NCBI GenBank assembly: GCA_963789955.1
Contig: CAWBMV010000037.1
Location: forward strand, 352,001 to 416,000
From: an uncultured Candidatus Rokubacteria bacterium
Lineage (GTDB): Bacteria; Methylomirabilota; Methylomirabilia; Rokubacteriales; CSP1-6
Direction of reading: 5' to 3'
Length of the DNA stretch: 64,000 nt
A model generated the notes under the pieces. The model ran no database searches. It was not told where the DNA came from and was given only the letters and a program-made list of their open reading frames with translations. Shown in pieces: positions 10,443 through 22,102 of this stretch (positions within the stretch are counted from its first letter, which is position 1; every line of letters starts with the position of its first letter). Position numbers and translations under genes: made by a program.

Positions 10443-13400
10443 ACACAGAGCTCTTCATCCGCCGGCCGGTCCTCACGACGCTCCTGATGGGCGCAATCTT
10501 GTTGTTCGGCATCATGGGCTTCCGGCTCCTGCCGGTGAGCGACCTGCCCAACATCGACTTCCCGACGATCCAGGTGGCCGCGGCGCTGCCGGGCGCCAGC
10601 CCCGAGACGATGGCGTCGGCGGTGGCGACGCCGCTGGAGAAGCAGTTCACGACGATCGCCGGCATCGACTCGATGACGTCGTCGAGCGCGCTCGGCCTGA
10701 CGCAGATCACGATCCAGTTCAGCCTCGACCGGAACATCGACGCCGCCGCGCAGGACGTGCAGGCGATGATCGCGAAGTCGGCGCCCCTGCTGCCGCCGGG
10801 CATGCCGACGCCGCCGACCTACCAGAAGGTGAACCCGGCCGACCAGCCGGTGCTCTACCTGGCGCTGAGCTCCCTGACCCTGCCGCTCTACATGGTCGAC
10901 GAGTACGCGCAGACGAACCTCGCCCAGCGCATCTCGACGATCGCCGGCGTGGCGCAGGTCCAGGTCTTCGGCTCGCAGAAGTACGCGGTCCGCGTGCAGC
11001 TCGATCCGCGCGCGCTGACCACCCGCGGCATCGGCATCGACGAGGTCCAGGCCGCGCTCGGGCGCAGCAACGTGAACCTGCCGACCGGCACGCTCTACGG
11101 CCAGCACCAGATGTTCAACGTGATGGCGACCGGCCAGCTCCAGAACGCCGAGGCCTTCCGCCCGCTGATCGTCGCCTATCGCAACGGCTCGCCCGTGCGG
11201 CTCGAGGAGCTCGGCAACGTCATCGACGGCGTGCAGACCGACAAGGTCGCCAGCTGGTACAACGACGAGCGCGCGGTGATCCTGGCCATCCAGCGCCAGC
11301 CCGGGACGAACACCGTCGAGGTCGTCGACGCCATCCGCGCGCTCATCCCGCGCTTCCGTCAGGAGCTGCCGGCCGCGGTGAACCTGAACGTCCTCTACGA
11401 CCGCTCGGTCGCGATCCGCGAATCGGTCCACGACGTCGAGTTCACTCTGGCGCTGGCCATCGCGCTGGTCGTGCTGGTCATCTTCCTGTTCTTGCGGAAC
11501 GTGTCGGCGACGATCATCCCGAGCCTCGCGGTGCCGCTGTCGATCATCGGCACCTTCGCCGTCATGTACTTGCTCGGCTACACGATCGACATCATCTCCT
11601 TGATGGCGCTCACGCTCTGCGTCGGGTTCGTCGTCGACGACGCGGTCGTCATGCTCGAGAACATCGTGCGCCACATGGAAGAGGGCAAGAGCCGGATGGA
11701 GGCGGCGCTGATCGGCGCCAAGGAGATCGGGTTCACGATCATGTCGATGACCCTCTCGCTGGCCGCCGTCTTCATCCCCGTGCTGTTCATGGGCGGGGTC
11801 ATGGGGCGGCTGCTCCACGAGTTCGCGGTGGTCATCACGGCGGCGGTGCTGGTGTCGGGCTTCGTGTCCCTGACCCTGACGCCGATGGCCTGCAGCCGCT
11901 TCCTGAGACCGCCGGGCGAGTCGCACGGGCGGCTCTACCTGGCCTCCGAGCGCTTCTTCGACGGCATGCTCCGCGTCTACGACCGCTCGCTCCAGTGGAC
12001 CCTGCGCCACCGCCGTTTCACGATGGCCGTGATGCTGGCGACGTTCGTGCTGACCGCCTATCTCTTCGTCATCATTCCCAAGGGCTTCATCCCGACCGAG
12101 GACACCGGGCAGATCTTCGCGTTCACCGAGGCCTGCGCAGGACATCTCGTTCGACGCCATGGCGGAGAAGCAGCGGGCGGCGGCCGCGATCGTGCTGAAA
12201 CAGCCCTACATCGACCAGATCATGTCCTCGATCGGCGCCTCGACGATCAACGTCGTCCCGAACACCGGGCGCATCTTCATGCGGCTCAAGCCCCGCGAGG
12301 AGCGCCCGTCGGCCGACAAGATCATCGAGGATCTCCGGCCCAAGCTCGCGGCGATCCCGGGATTCCGCGTGTACCCGCAGAACCTGCCGACCATCCGCAT
12401 CGGCGGCAACCTGACCAAGGCGCTCTACCAGTACACGCTCCAGTCGCCCGAGCTGCAGGAGCTCTACAAGTGGGCGCCGATCGTGTTCGACAAGATGCGG
12501 ACCTTGCCGGGGTTCCAGGACGTCAACAGCGACCTACAGATCACGAGCCCGCAGATCACGGTCGACATCGATCGCGACAAGGCGTCGGTGCTGCGCGTGA
12601 GCGCCGATCAGATCGAGAACGCGCTCTACAGCGGCTACGGCGCGCGCCAGGTCTCGACGATCTACACGCCGACGAACCAGTACTGGGTCATCATGGAGCT
12701 CGATCCCCGGTACCAGCGCGACCCGACCGAGCTGTCCTTGCTCTATGTCCGCTCCGAAACGGGCAAGCTCGTGCCGCTCTCGTCGGTGGCGCGCCTCACG
12801 CCGACGATCGGGCCGCTGACCATCACGCACCTCGGCCAGCTTCCGGCGGTGACGATCTCGTTCAACCTGGCGCAGGGCGTCTCGCTCAGCGAGGCGGTGG
12901 CGCAGGTCGCCAAGGCCCAGCGCGATCTGCAGATGCCGGCCACCATCAACGGGAGCTTCCAGGGCACCGCGCAGGCGTTCCAGTCCTCTTTGAAGGGCCA
13001 GGGCGTCCTGCTGATCGTCACGGTCCTGGTGATCTACCTCGTGCTCGGCATCCTGTACGAGAGCTTCGTGCATCCGCTGACGATCCTGTCGGGCCTTCCG
13101 TCGGCCGGCGTGGGCGCGCTGCTCACCTTGCTGCTCTTCAAGACCGAGCTCAACATCTATGGCTTCGTCGGCATCATCATGCTGGTCGGCATCGTCAAGA
13201 AGAACGCGATCATGATGATCGACTTCGCGCTCGAAGCCGAGCGCGGGGGCGCGACGCCGCGAGACGCCATCTACAAGGGCTGCCTGCTCCGCTTCCGGCC
13301 GATCATGATGACGACGATGGCCGCGCTGCTCGGCACCCTGCCGATCGCGCTCGGCATCGGCGCGGGCGCCGACGCCCGGCGCGCGCTCGGGCTGGCGGTG

Positions 13401-13550
13401 GTCGGCGGGTTGCTCGTCTCGCAGCTCCTGACCCTCTACATCACGCCGGTGCTCTACACGTACATGGAAGGCGCGCAGAAGGCCATGAGCGGGTTCCGCG
13501 GCCGTTTCGTGGGTGCCGGCGCCCGCGCCCGTCGGGTCCCCGCCGCCTAG
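10439..13550 (+). CDS. RND efflux permease (MdtB/C-like); apparent frameshift near 12135
   Basis: FIRRPV start, GFVVDDAVVMLENI, GIVKKNAIMMIDF, RFRPIMMTT. Confidence 0.92.
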
Positions 13551-13555
13551 ACGAT

Positions 13556-13680
13556 GTCGCCGGGGGGCACTCAAACGACTGGCAAACGCGAGGACCTCCT
13601 TCGTTCCGCGGTCCGCATCCACCCTCTCGCACCGCGACTCCATCGTTCCGGGCGACCTTAGCGCTCGCCTCGCCCGGCCC
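13556..13680. repeat. Structured intergenic element (nested hairpins plus 13-nt direct repeat)
   Basis: CTCC(T/A)TCGTTCCG at 13596 and 13638; stems CGCGGT/ACCGCG and CCGGGCGA/TCGCCCGG. Confidence 0.45.
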
Positions 13681-13750
13681 CGCGCCCACCGCGCAAGGGA
13701 CGCACCCGCCCGTGTGATACATTGGCTCACCCACGATTCGGAGGTGGCCC

Positions 13751-15318
13751 ATGTCGCTGACATCGCATCGCTGTACCGTGTGGCTCGTCCTGGCGTCACT
13801 GGCGCTCGTCGCCGGAAGCGCGCTCAGCGCGGAGGCGCAGAAGAAGGGCGGCGTCCTGAAGGTCGGCAACCTCGGGGAGCCGCCGTCCCTCGACGCCCAC
13901 TGGACGACGGCCAGCATCACCGAGACCTTGACCAATCACATCTACGAGGGGCTCTACAGTCTCGACAACGACAACCGTCCGATCCCGATGCTGGCCGAGA
14001 GCCATACGGTGAGCAAGGACGGCCTCACCTACACCTTCAAGCTCCGCCAGGGCGTCAAGTTCCACAACGGCAAGGAGATGACCTCCGAGGACGTCGTCGC
14101 TTCGCTCGCCCGCTGGGGCAAGCAGTCGATCTACGGCAAGGCGCTCTTCGCGCAAGTCGCCGACTGGAAGGCGCTCGACAAGTACACGGTGGAGATGAAG
14201 CTGAAGGAGAAGTCGGCGATCGTGCTCATCTCGCTCGCGGTGCCGAACAATTTCGGCGCCATCTATCCAAAGGAGATCGCCGAGAAGTTCGCGCCCGAGG
14301 TGAAGGCGACGGAGTACGTCGGGACGGGCCCGTTCAAGCTCGCCGAGTGGAAGCCCGACCAGTACATCCGCATGGTCCGCTTCGACGATTACAAATCGCG
14401 CAACGAGAAGCCGAACGGCTACGGTGGTGGCAAGACCGCATACGTAGACGAAGTCCGGTGGCAGCCGGTTCCCGAGGTGGCGACTCGCGTAGCGCAGGTC
14501 GAGACGGGCGAGCTCGACTTCGCCGACGACCTGAACCTGGACGCCTACGACCGGCTGAAGAAGAACTCGAGTCTCCGCCCGCTCGTCTCGAAGCCGTACT
14601 ACTGGCTCGTCGCGGTCTTCAACAAAAAAGAAGGCCTGATGACGAACCAGAAGCTCCGACAGGCCTGGCAGGCGGCGATCGACATCGAGCCGATCATGAA
14701 GAACGTGGCGGGCGGCCATCCCGAGTTCTACCGGATGGACTCGAGCCTGGCGATGGTCGAGATCACGTCGTGGCACACGAAGCTCTCGGGACTGCCGTGG
14801 AACGAGCACAACAAGGAGAAGGCCAAGAAGCTCCTGCGGGAGGCGGGCTACAAGAACGAGCCGATCCGCTTCATGACGACGCAGGAGTACAAGTGGATGT
14901 ACGACTTCGCCCTGCTGACCAAGCAGCAGCTCGAGGACGCCGGCTTCACGATCGACCTGCAAGTCGTCGACTGGGCCACGCTGGTGAAGCGGCGGAACAA
15001 TTCGAAGGAGTACGACGCGTTCACCACCGGTATCGGCGCCTTCTACGATCCGACCCACTGCGTCTTCCTCACGGCGAACTGGCCGGGCTGGACCACTGAC
15101 GAGGACATCCTGAAGCTCCAGGCCGAGCATGGCGCGCGAGACCGACCCCAAGAAGCGCATGGCGCTCTGGGAGCAGCAGACCCGGCAGTTCTACGAGAAG
15201 GTGCCGGTGATCCGCTACGGCGATCTCGTTCGGGCTTCGCGCGATCCGCAACACGACGAAGGGCTTCAACGAGAAGACCGAGCGCGTTCGCTTCTACAAC
15301 GTGTGGGTCGAGAAGTAG
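13751..15318 (+). CDS. ABC peptide/nickel transporter substrate-binding protein (family 5); 2 apparent frameshifts near the 3' end
   Basis: Signal peptide; YTFKLRQGVKFHNG, GTGPFKL; GGAGG RBS. Confidence 0.9.
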
Positions 15319-15375
15319 TGCCCTGAGGGCCGCGGGCGCCGTCGTCCGAGGGCGGCGCCTGCTCCGCCATAGCGC

Positions 15376-16323
15376 GTGACGACGTACCTGATCCGACGGC
15401 TCTTGACGCTCGTGCCGGTGCTGGCGGTCGTCGTCACCGTCGTCTTCCTGCTCATTCATCTGATTCCCGGGCGATCCGGTGAGCGTCATGCTGGGCCCGG
15501 ACGCGACCGCCGCCCAGATCGACGACGACGCGCCAGGCTCTCGGCCTCGATCGTCCGCTGCACGAGCAGCTGTTCAAGTTCTACGCGCGCATCCTGCGCG
15601 GCGATCTGGGTCAGTCCTACTTCCTCGACCGTCCGGTGGTGACGGCGCTCCTGGAGCGGGCCGAGCCGACCCTGGTGCTGACGCTTCTCCGCCCTGCTCG
15701 TCGCGGTCGCGATCGGCGTGCCCTCGGGGATCATCGCCGCCGCCTACCAGGGCTCGCTCTGGGACCGCGCGCTCATGTTCAGCGCGCTGCTCGGCGTGTG
15801 CGTGCCCGGATTCTGGCTGTCCCTGAACTTCATCTACCTCTTCGCGGTTCGTCTGGGCTGGCTGCCGGTGGCGGGCTACGCGTCGATCTTCTCGGATCCG
15901 GTCGCGGCGCTGCGCTACATGGTGCTGCCGGCCGTCTCCCTCGGCTTCAACCAGTCGGCGCTGATCGCGCGCATCAGCCGGTCGTGCATGCTGGAGGCGC
16001 TCCAGCAGGACTACGTCCGCACGGCGCGGGCGAAGGGCGTGTCGCAGCGCTCCGTCCTGTGGGTCCACGCGTTCCGCAACGCGCTCGTCCCGGTCGTCAC
16101 CGTGATCGGGATCACGATGGCGATCCTGATCGGCGGCGCCGTCGTCACCGAGATCGTCTTCAACATCCCCGGGCTCGGCCGGCTGATCATCTCCGCCGTG
16201 CTGCGCCGCGACTACCCGGTGGTGCAGGGCGTGATCCTGGTGACCGCGACGGCGTACGTGTTGATCAATCTCGCGGTGGACGTCCTCTACGTCTTCATCG
16301 ATCCGCGGATCCGCTATGGCTGA
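15376..16323 (+). CDS. ABC peptide permease (DppB/OppB-like), frameshifted
   Basis: YLIRRLL start; QDYVRTARAKG EAA loop; RDYPVVQG; DPRIRY. Confidence 0.9.
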
Positions 16324-17164
16324 CCTCGGCGCTCGCCCGACGTGGCGCCGCTACGCCGCGCGGAACCGAAGCATCGCCGTCGGCTCGGCCATTCTGGCCG
16401 TGGTGATACTCGCCGCGCTGCTGGCCGGCGTCATCTCGACCCACGACCCGCGCCGGCTCAACCCGGCTCAGCGCCTGAAAGCGCCGAGCGCCACGAACTT
16501 CCTGGGCACGGACGAGTTCGGCCGCGACGTGTTCAGCCTGGTGCTGTACGGCGCCCAGGTCTCGCTGCTGGTCGGGGCCACGACGATGATCCTGACCTCG
16601 CTCTGGGGCATCGTGATCGGGCTGATCGCCGGCTACTATCGCCGGGTCGATCTGCCGCTGATGCGCGTCATGGACGGCCTCATGGCCTTCCCCGCCATCC
16701 TGCTGGCGATCGCGCTGATGGCGGCGCGCGGCCCGGGCATCGGCAACGTCATCTTCGCGCTCTCGGTCGTCTACACGCCGCGCACGGCCATGCTGATTCG
16801 GAGCACCGTGCTGAGCCTGCGAGAGCTCGACTACGTCCAGGCGGCGCGCGCGCTCGGCCGGCAGGACCTCGGCATCGCCTTCCGCCACATCCTGCCGAAC
16901 TGCGTGGGGCCCTTGCTCGTGCAGGCGAGCTTCATCTTCGCGTACGCCATTCTGGCCGAGGCGATCCTGGGCTTCCTCGGCGTCGGCGTGCCGCCCTACG
17001 TGCCCTCGTGGGGCAACGTGATCGCCAGCGGCAAGAACGTCATTCGCGAGGCCTTCTGGGTGAGCCTCTTCCCCGGCCTCGCGCTGACCATCTCCGGGTT
17101 GAGCCTGAACCTCCTGGGCGACGGTCTTCGTGACGTGCTGGACCCCCGGTTGCGCGTACAGTAG
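16316..17164 (+). CDS. ABC peptide permease (DppC/OppC-like)
   Basis: LGTDEFGRD, YVQAARALG, HILPN, GDGLRDVLDPR. Confidence 0.93.
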   Translation: MADLGARPTWRRYAARNRSIAVGSAILAVVILAALLAGVISTHDPRRLNPAQRLKAPSATNFLGTDEFGRDVFSLVLYGAQVSLLVGATTMILTSLWGIVIGLIAGYYRRVDLPLMRVMDGLMAFPAILLAIALMAARGPGIGNVIFALSVVYTPRTAMLIRSTVLSLRELDYVQAARALGRQDLGIAFRHILPNCVGPLLVQASFIFAYAILAEAILGFLGVGVPPYVPSWGNVIASGKNVIREAFWVSLFPGLALTISGLSLNLLGDGLRDVLDPRLRVQ

Positions 17165-17242
17165 TGCGAGCCGCAGGACGTCGCGGGGCTGGGGCCCCGC
17201 CGTCCGAGGCGAGCTGTTCAAACCGGAGTCCCTGGAGGGGTC

Positions 17243-17701
17243 ATGGCTCTCGAACAGACGTTGAACGACACGCTCACGAAGGCGATCAAGGAGAAGGACA
17301 CGCGGGTCTCCGACGTGGTCCGCATGATCAAGTCGAAGATCGGCGAGCGCCGGACGGCCAAGGGATTCTCCGGCACCGTCGACGATGCGCTCGTCCTCGA
17401 CGTGATCGGCGCCTACCGCAAGCAGCTCCAGAAAGCCCTCGCCGAATTCGAGAAGGTCGGCGAGCGCGGCGCCGCGCACGTCGCGCAGCTGCGCTTCGAG
17501 CTCGAGTTCTGCGAGCGCTACCTGCCGAAGGGCATGGACGAGGCGGCGCTCCGCACGCTCGTCCGCGAGCGCCTGGACGCGCTCAAGATCGCCGACGCCA
17601 AGCAAGTCGGCCGGCTGGTCGGCGACGTCATGAAGACGCACAAGGGCCAGGTCGATGCGGCGGACGTGAAACGGGTCGCCGAGGAGATGCTGAAGGTCTA
17701 G
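17243..17701 (+). CDS. GatB/YqeY domain protein
   Basis: All-helical 152 aa; YLPK, GRLVGDVMK..KGQVD. Confidence 0.85.
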   Translation: MALEQTLNDTLTKAIKEKDTRVSDVVRMIKSKIGERRTAKGFSGTVDDALVLDVIGAYRKQLQKALAEFEKVGERGAAHVAQLRFELEFCERYLPKGMDEAALRTLVRERLDALKIADAKQVGRLVGDVMKTHKGQVDAADVKRVAEEMLKV

Positions 17702-18156
17702 GGCCGCCACTCGTAGAGGACGTCCGGGCACTTCTCTTCGTTACCGGAGCCGTCGCCGAACCTCACCGCCTTGAATCCCCGGCGCTCGTAGAAGTCTCGC
17801 GCCCGCTCGTTGCACTGGAATGTGTAGAGCCGGATCGGCGGCGGAAGCTCGGCCCGGGCGAGCTCCAGCAGCCGGGTGCCGATGCCGCGAGCGATCCAGG
17901 CCGGATGCAGATAGAGCTGTTCGATCCAGCTGCCGTCGGTGGCGCTGGCGACCGACACGAGCCCCACGACCAGACCATCGACGACGGCCACCGTGGTTCT
18001 TCCGGCCGGGATCAGGCGCCCGCGAATCCAGTCCCGAACGTCTTCGTCGGAGTGAGCCAGCGGCGCGCACGCCACGAGCTCCTTGCGCGAGCGAAGATAG
18101 ACGTCGGCGACCGCGTCGGCGTCACCGACGGTGGCCGGGCGAAGCTCGACGGTCAA
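17698..18156 (-). CDS. GNAT acetyltransferase
   Basis: LYLHP..RGIGTRLL, NERARDFYERRGF; TTG start overlapping upstream TGA. Confidence 0.85.
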   Translation of the reverse strand: MTVELRPATVGDADAVADVYLRSRKELVACAPLAHSDEDVRDWIRGRLIPAGRTTVAVVDGLVVGLVSVASATDGSWIEQLYLHPAWIARGIGTRLLELARAELPPPIRLYTFQCNERARDFYERRGFKAVRFGDGSGNEEKCPDVLYEWRP

Positions 18157-18513
18157 CGCCGCGAGCTGGCCACGACCGCCACCAGCGCGAGGGCCGCCGG
18201 GAGCGCTTGCGTGAACAGGATCGACGTCTTCGCCGTCAAGCCGCCGAATACGCCGGCGACGATGACGCACCCGAGAAAGAAGAACTTCAGCTCACGACGG
18301 TCCGTCCACAAGGCCCACACCAGGCCGGCGGCCAGGAAGCCGTTGTACAAACCCTGATTGGCGGCGAGCCTCGCCGAGCCGGCGGAGACTTCCGGCGTCA
18401 TGCCGAACATCTTGCGGCCGACCGGGTGATCCCAGAAGAACATCTCGAGGATCAGGAAGCCGACGTGGCTCAGCGCGACCAGGCCGATCAGAGATATTGG
18501 CGACGATCTTCAT
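18153..18513 (-). CDS. DUF1304 membrane protein (frameshift near 18490)
   Basis: LEMFFW, ANQGLYNGFLAAGL, TQALPA. Confidence 0.85.
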
Positions 18514-18591
18514 GGCGCCGATTATGGCTCACGCATCGCCGTCGCGGTGACTCGTTCCACGGCGGCGAGAGACATGCCCACGGCCCGGACC

Positions 18592-19683
18592 TCAGAACAC
18601 GACGACCCCGCGCGCCACCTGCCCGCTGCGCAGCGCGGTGAACCCGTCGTTGATCTCCTCGAGCTTGTACGTGCGGCTCACCAGCTGATCGATCTTCAGC
18701 CGGCCGTCCAGGTAGAGATCGACCAGCTTCGGGAAGTCGATGTTCGGGCGCACCGAGCCGTACATCGTGCCGCGGATCGTCTTTTCCTGGAGCGCCATCA
18801 TGTAGGGCGTGATCGGCGCCCGCACGTTCATCGCGGCCATGCCCACGATGACCGCGGTGCCGCCGGGACGGATCGAGTCGAGGATCTGCAAGGTCGTCGC
18901 CTCGCCGCCGATCGCGTCGAAGGCGTAGTCGGCGCCCCGGCCGCCGGTGAGGCCCCGGACCGTGTCGACCACGTTCTGGCGGCCGGCGTTGATCGTGTGC
19001 GTCGCGCCGAACTCGCGCGCGTACTCGAGCTTGTTGTCCAGCAAGTCGCACGCGACGATCAGCCGCGCGCCGGCGAGCCGCGCCCCCTGGACGACGTTGA
19101 GGCCCACGCCGCCGCAGCCGATCACGACGACGGACGCGCCGGCCTCCACTTCCGCGCAGCGGGTCACGGCACCGACACCCGTCGGCACGCAGCAGCCCAT
19201 CAGGGCCGCCTGCGGCCACGGCATCTCCTTGCGGATCGGGACCAGCATCTCGGCGGGGCAGACGACCGATTCCGCGAACGTGCCGATACGCGCCATCTGG
19301 AAGATGTCCTGGCCGTCGCGCTTGAGACGGCACGTGCCGTCGAGCATCGCCCAGCGCGCGGACTGATGGCCGTCGCAGAGGATCGAGCGCCCGATCGAGC
19401 AGTAGAGGCAGCGGCCGCATTGCGGGCGGAAGGAGAAGATCACGTGATCGCCGGGCTTCACGTTGGTGACGCCGGCGCCGACGTCCTCGACGATACCGGC
19501 CGCTTCGTGGCCCAGCACCATCGGCAACGGCAAGGTCCAGTCGCCGTTGATGATGTGCCAGTCGCTGTGGCAGACCCCCGCGGCCTTGACGCGCACGCGC
19601 GCTTCACCCGCCTGGGCCCCCTGCTGCTGAACGTCGACGACCTCGAGCGGCGTGTTGGCTTTGTAGAGGATCGCGGCTTTCAT
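18592..19683 (-). CDS. Zn-dependent alcohol/aldehyde dehydrogenase (MDR)
   Basis: GVCHSD, GHEAAG, CGRCLYC..C, GCGGVG. Confidence 0.93.
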   Translation of the reverse strand: MKAAILYKANTPLEVVDVQQQGAQAGEARVRVKAAGVCHSDWHIINGDWTLPLPMVLGHEAAGIVEDVGAGVTNVKPGDHVIFSFRPQCGRCLYCSIGRSILCDGHQSARWAMLDGTCRLKRDGQDIFQMARIGTFAESVVCPAEMLVPIRKEMPWPQAALMGCCVPTGVGAVTRCAEVEAGASVVVIGCGGVGLNVVQGARLAGARLIVACDLLDNKLEYAREFGATHTINAGRQNVVDTVRGLTGGRGADYAFDAIGGEATTLQILDSIRPGGTAVIVGMAAMNVRAPITPYMMALQEKTIRGTMYGSVRPNIDFPKLVDLYLDGRLKIDQLVSRTYKLEEINDGFTALRSGQVARGVVVF

Positions 19684-20687
19684 GACCCGTCTCCTTGGGA
19701 GAGCTTCATCAGCTCGAGCGCCGCGCGGCCGAGCAGGCCGTACGGCGAGCCGAGCGTCTCGATGATCTCGAAGTGGTTGTAGTCCTCGCCCACCAGGAAC
19801 TTCACCGGCTTGCCCGCCGCCGTCACCGCGGCGACGAAATCGCGCGCCTGGCGCTGGAACTCCGGCGACTCGAGCGTGCCGTGGCTGACGACGATCGGCG
19901 CGTTCAGCCGATCGAGATGACGCTGCGAGCTGAGCGCCTGCTCCATCTCGTCGGTGAACTTGACGTAGCTGCTGCGCGCCGATAGGCGCGGCGCCTTGAG
20001 GTCGTACATGCCGCTCGAGCAGAGTCCGCCCTTCACGACGTTCGCGGGCAGGTTGAACTCGCGCGCCCAGTCGGTCGTCAGGGCCACGCCGGCCAGATGG
20101 GCGCCGGACGAGTGGCCCGAGACGTAGAGCCGATCGGGATCGCCGCCGAAGCTCCGGGCGTTCCGGTAGACCCAGACGATCGCGCGACGCACCTGATCGG
20201 CCATGACCGTGAGACTTCCGCCCACGTCCTGGACCGCCGCGAAGTCCGGCACGACGAAATGGGCTCCGGCGCGCACGAAGAGCTCGGCCGGAAACGCGTA
20301 GTTCTTGGCGAGGCCGGCGCGCCAGGCACCGCCGTGGATGAACACGTTGATCGGCGCGTTGGGGCGCGCAGTCGGGTAGAGATCGAGGCCCTCGACCGGC
20401 GTGGCGCCGTACGCGAAGCGCCGGGGCGCGCCGAGGCGCGCGCGCACGGCTTCGCTCTGGCTCGCGAAGCGCCGGACGACCAGCTCGCGATTCCCCGCCC
20501 AGACGGTCTGGTCGTAGGCCGCGTCGAGCTCGGCCTGATCGAGATCGAGCCACACGCGCGGACCTTTGACCCGTGGCGCCGGACCGGGCTGCTGAGCGAA
20601 CGCGGCGCCGCCGAGCGCCATCACCGCGCCGGCCGCCGTCGCGCCCAGAGCCCCACGGCGAGTGCGCCGATCACCGGGGTCAGTCAA
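19680..20687 (-). CDS. Alpha/beta hydrolase (arylformamidase-like) with probable Tat signal
   Basis: TRRGAL signal; HGGAW, GHSSG, NHF. Confidence 0.8.
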   Translation of the reverse strand: MTDPGDRRTRRGALGATAAGAVMALGGAAFAQQPGPAPRVKGPRVWLDLDQAELDAAYDQTVWAGNRELVVRRFASQSEAVRARLGAPRRFAYGATPVEGLDLYPTARPNAPINVFIHGGAWRAGLAKNYAFPAELFVRAGAHFVVPDFAAVQDVGGSLTVMADQVRRAIVWVYRNARSFGGDPDRLYVSGHSSGAHLAGVALTTDWAREFNLPANVVKGGLCSSGMYDLKAPRLSARSSYVKFTDEMEQALSSQRHLDRLNAPIVVSHGTLESPEFQRQARDFVAAVTAAGKPVKFLVGEDYNHFEIIETLGSPYGLLGRAALELMKLSQGDGS

Positions 20688-22089
20688 CCGGCGGGCGGCG
20701 CTGGGCCCACGGCCGCGCCGCCTCGAACGCCGCTGAGGCTTGCAGCACCGTCAGGTCGGCGAAGCGGCGGCCGACGATCTGGAGCCCGACGGGCAGGCCG
20801 GCCGGCGTGAAGCCCGCGGGCACGGACGCCGCGGGCTGGCCGGTGAAATTGAACGGATAGCTGAACGAGGCCCAGCGGATCCAGTCCCACACGTGCTGCG
20901 ACCAGTGCTCGGGATTCAGGCGACTGACGGGAAACGCGGCGACCGAGAGCGTCGGCGTGAGGAGCAGATCGTACTTCTCGAAGAGTGGCCGCACCGTGTC
21001 CCAGTAGGCGAGCTTCTGGGCTCGTGCTTCGACGTAGTCGACCATGCTGTATTGCAGGCCGTCCTCGATGCACGCGACGAGGCCCGGGTCCATCCGGTCG
21101 CGCCACCGCGGAAGATACTGCGCGTAGTTTCCCGCCTCGTGAGCGCTCCAGAGGCAGCGGATCAGGTCGTGCGAGTCGGCGAATCCGGGCTTGACCTCCT
21201 CCACGACGCAGCCGAGATCCGTGAAGGCGCTGACCGCGTGCGCGACCACACTGGCGACCTCGGCGTCGACCGGGAAACCGCCGAGGTCGGGACTGAACGC
21301 GACCTTGAGCCCTGTGATGCCAAGGTTGAGCTTGCCGACGTAGTCGTCGGGCGCGGCCTCGAGCGAGGTGCGATCCCAATCGTCCGGGCCCGCCATGATC
21401 GACAGCATCAGCGCGGCGTCGGCGACGGTTCGCGTCATCGGCCCCATGTGCGAGGCGTAGTCGTTGTTGGAGATCGGCCACATCGGGACGCGGCCGTACG
21501 ACGGCTTGAGGCCGAAGATGCCGCAGAATCCGCTGGGGATCCGGATCGATCCGGCGCCGTCCGATCCCTGGTGAAGCGGTCCGAGCCCGGCGGCGGTGGC
21601 CGCGCCGGCGCCGGCGCTGGAGCCGCCCGTCGTCATGCCGGTGTTCCAGGGATTGCGCGTGATGCCCGTGAGGGGGCTGTCGCCGAGTCCCTTCCAGCCG
21701 AACTCCGGTGTCGTCGTCTTGCCGAGCATGACGCCGCCGGCCTGCTGGAGGCGCCGCACCGCCGGCGGGTCCACGTCGGGCACGCGCTTTTCGAAGATGA
21801 ACGAGCCGGACATCGTCCGGACGTCCTTCGTGTAGTGCAGATCCTTGATCGAGAACGGGATGCCGTGGAGCGGGCCCAGCGCCTCGCCCTTCATGAGGGC
21901 CTGCTCGGCCGCGCGCGCCGCGATCAACGCCTGGTCGGCCGTGACCGTGCAGAACGCGTTGACGACGGGATTGACGCGCCCGATGCGATCGAGCACCGCG
22001 CGCGTCAGCTCTACCGGCGAGAGCTTCTTGGCGCGGATCAGGGCGGCCAGCTCCGTCGCGGGCGTGAACGCGAGGTCGGTGGACGCCAT
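20680..22089 (-). CDS. Amidase signature family enzyme
   Basis: GIPFSIKD, GGSSAG, GSDGAGSIRIP. Confidence 0.93.
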   Translation of the reverse strand: MASTDLAFTPATELAALIRAKKLSPVELTRAVLDRIGRVNPVVNAFCTVTADQALIAARAAEQALMKGEALGPLHGIPFSIKDLHYTKDVRTMSGSFIFEKRVPDVDPPAVRRLQQAGGVMLGKTTTPEFGWKGLGDSPLTGITRNPWNTGMTTGGSSAGAGAATAAGLGPLHQGSDGAGSIRIPSGFCGIFGLKPSYGRVPMWPISNNDYASHMGPMTRTVADAALMLSIMAGPDDWDRTSLEAAPDDYVGKLNLGITGLKVAFSPDLGGFPVDAEVASVVAHAVSAFTDLGCVVEEVKPGFADSHDLIRCLWSAHEAGNYAQYLPRWRDRMDPGLVACIEDGLQYSMVDYVEARAQKLAYWDTVRPLFEKYDLLLTPTLSVAAFPVSRLNPEHWSQHVWDWIRWASFSYPFNFTGQPAASVPAGFTPAGLPVGLQIVGRRFADLTVLQASAAFEAARPWAQRRPPVD

Positions 22090-22102
22090 GATGGTCTCCC
22101 CG

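Noticed and set aside
13575..13710. c-di-GMP-I riboswitch (GGCAAAC ... GGGACGCA)
   Set aside because: Spacing and the P2 GAAA hairpin do not fit, and GCAAAGCC is absent.
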